Source: Candidatus Sericytochromatia bacterium S15B-MN24 CBMW_12
GTDB taxonomy: Bacteria; Cyanobacteriota; Sericytochromatia; S15B-MN24; UBA4093
Reading direction: 5' to 3'
Length of the DNA: 64,000 nucleotides
Assembly (NCBI GenBank): GCA_002083825.1
Contig: DAZV01000036.1
Location: 103,934 to 167,933 of the forward strand
In this document: piece after piece, positions 59,241 through 64,000 of the stretch
Numbering within the stretch: the stretch's first letter is position 1
Layout: each line of letters begins with the position of its first letter
The notes under the pieces: model-generated
The model's database searches: none
What the model was told of the DNA's origin: nothing
Seen by the model: only the letters and a program-made list of their open reading frames with translations
Position numbers and translations under genes: made by a program

Positions 59241-60522
59241 TCGAATCAAGGGAAGTAAGCTGCTCATGAAGCGGGTGCTCAGGCATATCCTGCCCGAAAA
59301 TCCCCTGTCGGGCGATCGCCAGCTGGCCTACTACGCGCTTCTGCAGCGAATCACGGCCTCCCTCCACCGCTCCCTGGACTTCGATGACATCCTCGAAACC
59401 GTCGTTTCCGGCCTTCAACTCGAACTGCAGCTGACCCGCTGCTCCGTCTGGTTCCCCGACAGCGACGGCGAACTCATGATCCGGCGGGCTGCGGGCGAAT
59501 CCATCGAGGGGCCCGAGGCCGGCGCGGTTTGGCAGGTCGCTTGGGACGCCCTCGCGGACCGAAGCGTCGTGGCGGTCGATGACATGACGAAGTACGGCCG
59601 GCCTACCCCCGCCCCCCCTCGCCTGGGGTCGCTGGGGCAGGTCATGGCCGAAGCCGTCATCGCGGCCCCCATCCTTCTCGAGGCCGAACTGAAAGGCCTG
59701 CTGCTGCTCGAAGCCGCCCAGCCTCGCCGCTGGGCCCCCCTGAACATCCAGTTGATCGAGGCCATCGCCGAGCAACTCTCGGTGGCGCTCGTCCATGCGC
59801 GCATGATGACCTCCCTCAAGGAACTCGACGCCATGAAGACCGAATTCCTCTCCATCGCCTCCCACGAACTCCGGACCCCCATCACCGTGATCCGAGGCTA
59901 TGCCGCCGTGCTCATGCGCCACGGAGCCACGCTCTCCGAAGCCGAACGCGCCGAGTTCGTCGGCATGATCGACGACCGCGCCATCCATCTCGCCCGCCTC
60001 GCCGAGGACGTCCTCGATGTCTCCCGCATCGAGGGAGGACGACTCTCGCTGAACGAGGAACCCTTCGACTGGGAAGCCGTGGTCAAGAAAATCCTTCAAG
60101 GACTCGATCTCAAGTACCACCGCCCCTCGAACATCCATCTCGAAGCCATGACCCAACGACGCATCCTCTCGGGAGATCCCGCCCGCGTCGAACAGGTGCT
60201 CCTGAACCTGCTCGACAACGCGATCAAGTACTCCCCCCCCCAGGCCAGGATCGATCTTTTGGTCCAGGGCACCCCCAGGGGAATTCGCTTCACCGTGAGC
60301 AACCCGGGCGAGGTTCTGACCGCCGCCGAAGTAAAAAAAATGACCGGAAAATTCGTGAGACTCGATCGCCATCGCACGTCAGGTGGGACGGGACTTGGCC
60401 TATATATCTGCATGAGACTCGTGGACCTGATGGGGGGGACGCTAACCCTCGAAGCGATCTCTGAAGGTGGCCTGAAGGCCGGGTTTGAACTGGCCTGCGC
60501 AAACGACATGCAAACGACCTAG
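59233..60522 (+). CDS. soluble GAF-domain sensor histidine kinase
   Basis: GAF region, HisKA H-box FLSIASHELRTPIT, and HATPase_c N/G boxes (LLDNAIKYS, GGTGLGLYI). No TM segments. Confidence 0.88.
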   Translation: MVDRIKGSKLLMKRVLRHILPENPLSGDRQLAYYALLQRITASLHRSLDFDDILETVVSGLQLELQLTRCSVWFPDSDGELMIRRAAGESIEGPEAGAVWQVAWDALADRSVVAVDDMTKYGRPTPAPPRLGSLGQVMAEAVIAAPILLEAELKGLLLLEAAQPRRWAPLNIQLIEAIAEQLSVALVHARMMTSLKELDAMKTEFLSIASHELRTPITVIRGYAAVLMRHGATLSEAERAEFVGMIDDRAIHLARLAEDVLDVSRIEGGRLSLNEEPFDWEAVVKKILQGLDLKYHRPSNIHLEAMTQRRILSGDPARVEQVLLNLLDNAIKYSPPQARIDLLVQGTPRGIRFTVSNPGEVLTAAEVKKMTGKFVRLDRHRTSGGTGLGLYICMRLVDLMGGTLTLEAISEGGLKAGFELACANDMQTT

Positions 60523-60640
60523 CGTTTATTGACCCACTTGCCTTCCCGCTAACTTTATGGGAAGGTTAAGGAACTTAAGTTAGAGATAACCGCAAGTCGC
60601 TTTGTTTGGAACAGGCGCGCACGAGACAACGAGGTTTTGT

Positions 60641-61471
60641 ATGAAACGCCTAAACCTGGCTCTGACCGGACTCTTGATGGGAACGTTGCTCGTTGGCTGC
60701 GGAATGCCCTCCGCGCTCACGGCACCCCAGGGTACGAACTCGAGCTCCTTCTCCGTCCGAGCCAGCGCGCCTGCCGATTACTACCGCGACGCCCAGGGCA
60801 AGACCGGCATGGCCCTGCTTTCCACGCTGAAGAGCACCGTCTCCAAGCACAAGGACCTCGGGTACAGCGGCGCCCGCGACGTCATGTTCGGGGACCTCGA
60901 CGACGACCAGGACAACAACGTCGTCGACTGCGTCTACACCGGCATGGAAATCAAGAACGTGATCGACAGCAGCTCCGCCTACAAGAACGGGGCGGGCCTC
61001 AACACCGAGCACACCTGGCCCCAGAGCCTCGGCGCCACCGGTGCCGCCAAGGCCGACCTCCACCATCTCTTCCCCACCGACGTCGAGACCAACGGCGCGC
61101 GGAGCTCGCATCCCTTCGGAGACGTGGCCAAGTCGACCCATCTCTTCCCCGAGTTCGCCTTCATGACCTCCGGAAATCAGAGCGTCCTCGGCGTCGACGC
61201 ACAGGGAAGAACCGTCTTCGAACCCCGTGACGTCCACAAGGGCAACGTCGCCCGTGCCATCTTCTACTTCTACACCGTCTACGGCTTCCAGGGGAACGCC
61301 GACCTCTCCAACTTCCGCATGGAGCAAGAGGTCCTCAAGAAGTGGCACACGCTCGATCCCGTCGACGCCTCGGAGCGCAAGCGCAACGATGGCATCTACT
61401 CGGCTCAGGGCAACCGCAACCCCTTCATCGACAACCCGGCGTTCATCGAGGCCGTGGGCAAGTTCAACTAA
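60641..61471 (+). CDS. endonuclease I-family extracellular nuclease, lipoprotein
   Basis: Starts MKRLNLALTGLLMGTLLVGCG (lipobox). Contains NTEHTWPQS, DLHHLFPTD, N..RSSHPF and NRNPFIDNP, the endonuclease I pattern. ATG 60641 after GAGG. Confidence 0.85.
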   Translation: MKRLNLALTGLLMGTLLVGCGMPSALTAPQGTNSSSFSVRASAPADYYRDAQGKTGMALLSTLKSTVSKHKDLGYSGARDVMFGDLDDDQDNNVVDCVYTGMEIKNVIDSSSAYKNGAGLNTEHTWPQSLGATGAAKADLHHLFPTDVETNGARSSHPFGDVAKSTHLFPEFAFMTSGNQSVLGVDAQGRTVFEPRDVHKGNVARAIFYFYTVYGFQGNADLSNFRMEQEVLKKWHTLDPVDASERKRNDGIYSAQGNRNPFIDNPAFIEAVGKFN

Positions 61472-61498
61472 CTCCCTTCAACATCGAGGGGGCTCGGC

Positions 61499-62548
61499 TC
61501 AGGCCGGGCCCTCTTCGCTTGGGCGGGCCCACTCTTCCCAAAGCACCATCCAGACGGCCAGGATGGCGGGGCCGAGGAAGAGCCCCAGCAGGCCGAAGGC
61601 GGCGAGTCCGCCCAGGAAGGCGAAGAAGACCTGAAAGTAGGGAAGCCTCGTGGTCCCGCTGATGAAGAGCGGTCGAATCAAATTGTCGATCGTGCTGATG
61701 GCGATCGCACCCCAGAGTGCCATCCCGATGCCCTGCCAGAGCCCCCCTTGAAGCAGGAGCCAGACGGCCGCCGGCACCCAGATCATCGTCGCTCCGAAGG
61801 GCAGCAGCGCGAAGATGCCGGTCAGGAGGCCGAGAAGGACGGGTGAGGGGATGCCGAAGAGGGCGAAGCCGATTCCCGCGATGGCACCCTGAGAAACGGC
61901 CGCCAGGATGACCCCGAGGAAGACCGCCCGGGTCGTCTCTCGCACCGGATCGATCAACCGGTCCACGTCGTTGCCCAGGAAGCGCCGCAACACGGCCTTG
62001 GTCTTCGTCGCATAGCGATGCCCGTTGCGGTAGAAGAAGAAAAGCGTGAAGAACGCCAGCACGCCCTGGAAGAGATTGGTGCCGGCCCCGGCGATGGCCC
62101 GAAGCCACGGCATGACCTGCGAGGCCATCGTGCCGCCTAGGCGTCCGGAGTCGTGGAGCAGGGGACTCAGCGATTCCTCCCAGATCCTCGCCAGCGCCGG
62201 GAAGCGTTCGAGTAGATCCGGAATCGGGTCGGTGGCCATCCACGCCCGGCTGGCTTCCAGCATGGCCGCCCCCTCGATCGCTGCCGACCGAAAGAGCAGC
62301 GTCAGCGGAACGGCCACGATGCTCAGCACCAGGATCAGCATGAGGAGGGCGGCCAGGGTCTGCCGCCCCCTCACGGCCCGCAGGACCCGGCGGTACAAGG
62401 GCCACGTCACGAGAGAAATGACCAGGCCCCATGTGAGCGCCTCCCAGAACGGCCGGATGAGAACACCCGCCAAGAGCACCAATATCCCGTAAAACGCCAG
62501 CTGGGCCACGATTAGAAGGGGACTATCGGCGGATTTGCTGGTCATCAT
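61499..62548 (-). CDS. AI-2E family transporter (PerM/YhhT-like)
   Basis: Polytopic, 349 aa, with GIPSPVLLGLLTGIFALLPFGA and ISTIDNLIRP motifs typical of the family. Confidence 0.85.
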   Translation of the reverse strand: MMTSKSADSPLLIVAQLAFYGILVLLAGVLIRPFWEALTWGLVISLVTWPLYRRVLRAVRGRQTLAALLMLILVLSIVAVPLTLLFRSAAIEGAAMLEASRAWMATDPIPDLLERFPALARIWEESLSPLLHDSGRLGGTMASQVMPWLRAIAGAGTNLFQGVLAFFTLFFFYRNGHRYATKTKAVLRRFLGNDVDRLIDPVRETTRAVFLGVILAAVSQGAIAGIGFALFGIPSPVLLGLLTGIFALLPFGATMIWVPAAVWLLLQGGLWQGIGMALWGAIAISTIDNLIRPLFISGTTRLPYFQVFFAFLGGLAAFGLLGLFLGPAILAVWMVLWEEWARPSEEGPA

Positions 62549-62582
62549 GAGTCTCCTTCATAGGCCATGGCGGGGCGCGCCC

Positions 62583-63902
62583 CTATCGGACTCCTTCGGG
62601 AACGCTCAGCGAGAAGATCTTGGCCTCCTTGATCGACTCGCGAAGCTCGGCTCGGAAGTCCGGGTGGGCGATGGAGATCAAGGCGTCGGCGCGGGCGCGC
62701 AGGGAGAGGCCATGGAGGTTGACCGCACCGTACTCGGTGACGACCCAGTGGACATGCCCGCGGGTGGTGACCACACCGGCGCCCGGCTTGAGCATGGCGG
62801 CGATGCGGGAAACGGTTCCCTTGGCGGCCGTGGAGGGCAGGGCGATGATGGGCTTGCCGCCACGGGAGAGCGCCGCACCGCGGATGAAATCCATCTGGCC
62901 GCCGATGCCGGAGTAGATGCGCCAGCCGATGGAATCGGCGCAGACCTGGCCGGTGATGTCGATCTCGATGGCGCTGTTCATGGCGACCACGCGGTCGTTC
63001 TTGCGGATGACGGCGGTGTCGTTGGTGTAGTCGCAGGGATGGAACTCGATGATGGGGTTGTTGTCGATGAAGTCGAAGAGTTTCTGGGAACCGTTGACGA
63101 AGCTGGTGACGATCCGGCCCTTCTTGAAGTTCTTGCGGCGGTTGGTGATGACGCCTCCCTCGACGAGGGGGACGACGCCGTCGGAGAACATCTCGGTATG
63201 GATGCCGAGGTCGACCTTGTTGCCCAGCTGGGCGAGGACGGCGTCGGGGATGGCTCCGATGCCCATCTGGAGGGTGGAGCCGTCCTCGATGAGGTCGGCG
63301 ATGATACCGCCGATGCTCCGCTCGACGTCGGAGATGACGGAGGGCTCGTGGGCGATCAGGGGGCGGTCGGTGAGGATGTAGCGATCGATCTGGCTGATGT
63401 GGACCATGCTGTTGCCGAGCGTCCGGGGCATTTGCTTGTTGATCTCGGCAATCAGGATGGGGGCGGTATCGACGGCGGCTCGAGCGGTGTCGATGGAGGT
63501 GCCGAGGCTGCAGTAGCCGTGCTCGTCGGGGTAGGAGAGCTGGACGATGGCGACGTCGAGGGGAATCTGCCGGGAGGTGAAGAGCCAGGGGATATCCGAG
63601 AGGAAGATGGGGATGTAGTCGGCGCGGCCCTCGTTGACGGCCTGTCGGAGGTTGCCGCCGGTGAAGAGGGAGTTGGCGTGGAAGCGTCCGGCCATGTCGG
63701 GGTCGGCGTAGGGGGCAGGGCCGGACATGTGAATGTGGTAGACCTCTACGCCGTGGAGGTCGCTTCGGGCGGCCATGGCTGCTTCGAGGGGGATCGGTGA
63801 GGCGCAGGCTCCGTGGAGGAAGACGTGCATGCCGCTCTTGATGGGGAGAACGGCTTCTTCGGGGGAGAGGGCGCGCTGCTGCCAGGTCGGATTGAGCTGC
63901 AT
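62583..63902 (-). CDS. acetyl-CoA hydrolase/transferase family protein (4-hydroxybutyrate CoA-transferase-like)
   Basis: 439 aa. Contains ...GRADYIPIFLSDIP..., GIGAIPDAVL and EMFSDG motifs of the family. Confidence 0.88.
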   Translation of the reverse strand: MQLNPTWQQRALSPEEAVLPIKSGMHVFLHGACASPIPLEAAMAARSDLHGVEVYHIHMSGPAPYADPDMAGRFHANSLFTGGNLRQAVNEGRADYIPIFLSDIPWLFTSRQIPLDVAIVQLSYPDEHGYCSLGTSIDTARAAVDTAPILIAEINKQMPRTLGNSMVHISQIDRYILTDRPLIAHEPSVISDVERSIGGIIADLIEDGSTLQMGIGAIPDAVLAQLGNKVDLGIHTEMFSDGVVPLVEGGVITNRRKNFKKGRIVTSFVNGSQKLFDFIDNNPIIEFHPCDYTNDTAVIRKNDRVVAMNSAIEIDITGQVCADSIGWRIYSGIGGQMDFIRGAALSRGGKPIIALPSTAAKGTVSRIAAMLKPGAGVVTTRGHVHWVVTEYGAVNLHGLSLRARADALISIAHPDFRAELRESIKEAKIFSLSVPEGVR

Positions 63903-64000
63903 GGATCAGGTCTCCTCTGATGTGTTGGACGCGTTGGGGCCATCTTAGCGCAAAGGGGGAAATCGTGGCATCCGCATTCTTTGCGTAACGGTAAAAAGGG

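Overview
High-GC (roughly 60-65% by eye) bacterial chromosomal segment, densely coding. About 55 protein genes can be supported. I found no rRNA or tRNA, no transposase or integrase, and no cas genes. Most of the window is housekeeping: upp, pgsA, rimO, typA/bipA, coaD, a class A PBP, mltG, dnaX, secDF, rsmA, plsY, der, lysA, cdaA, uppS, holA, rpsT and dnaE. A minus-strand envelope-glycan operon lies at 20.6-27.2 kb (LpxB-related GT, two GT2s, an MsbA-like ABC exporter, a CPBP protease and a GT4), convergent with an O-antigen-ligase-family gene. The non-routine part is 49.7-60.5 kb. (i) About 520 nt after a terminator have no credible ORF; they hold a G-tract block and two 26-nt direct repeats. 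(ii) A roughly 260-bp AT-rich island between two convergent gene ends is packed with TTAACC/GGTTAA boxes and contains a 20-bp perfect palindrome. Related palindromes sit upstream of czcD, of the mrp-marR operon and of a lipoprotein gene. (iii) A translationally coupled operon encodes GNAT, a PaaK-like adenylase, LuxE, a LuxC::PaaK fusion, an MFS transporter and a GAF histidine kinase. I cannot assign it to any characterised pathway, and it is my best candidate for an undescribed system, probably small-molecule biosynthesis. Two other points of note are a TPR membrane protein carrying two complete tandem MshEN-type c-di-GMP-binding motifs and a GGDEF/HD-GYP hybrid. All family calls rest on motif recognition by eye from the supplied translations. 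No database search was run. Start codons were refined by hand and are less certain than stop codons.
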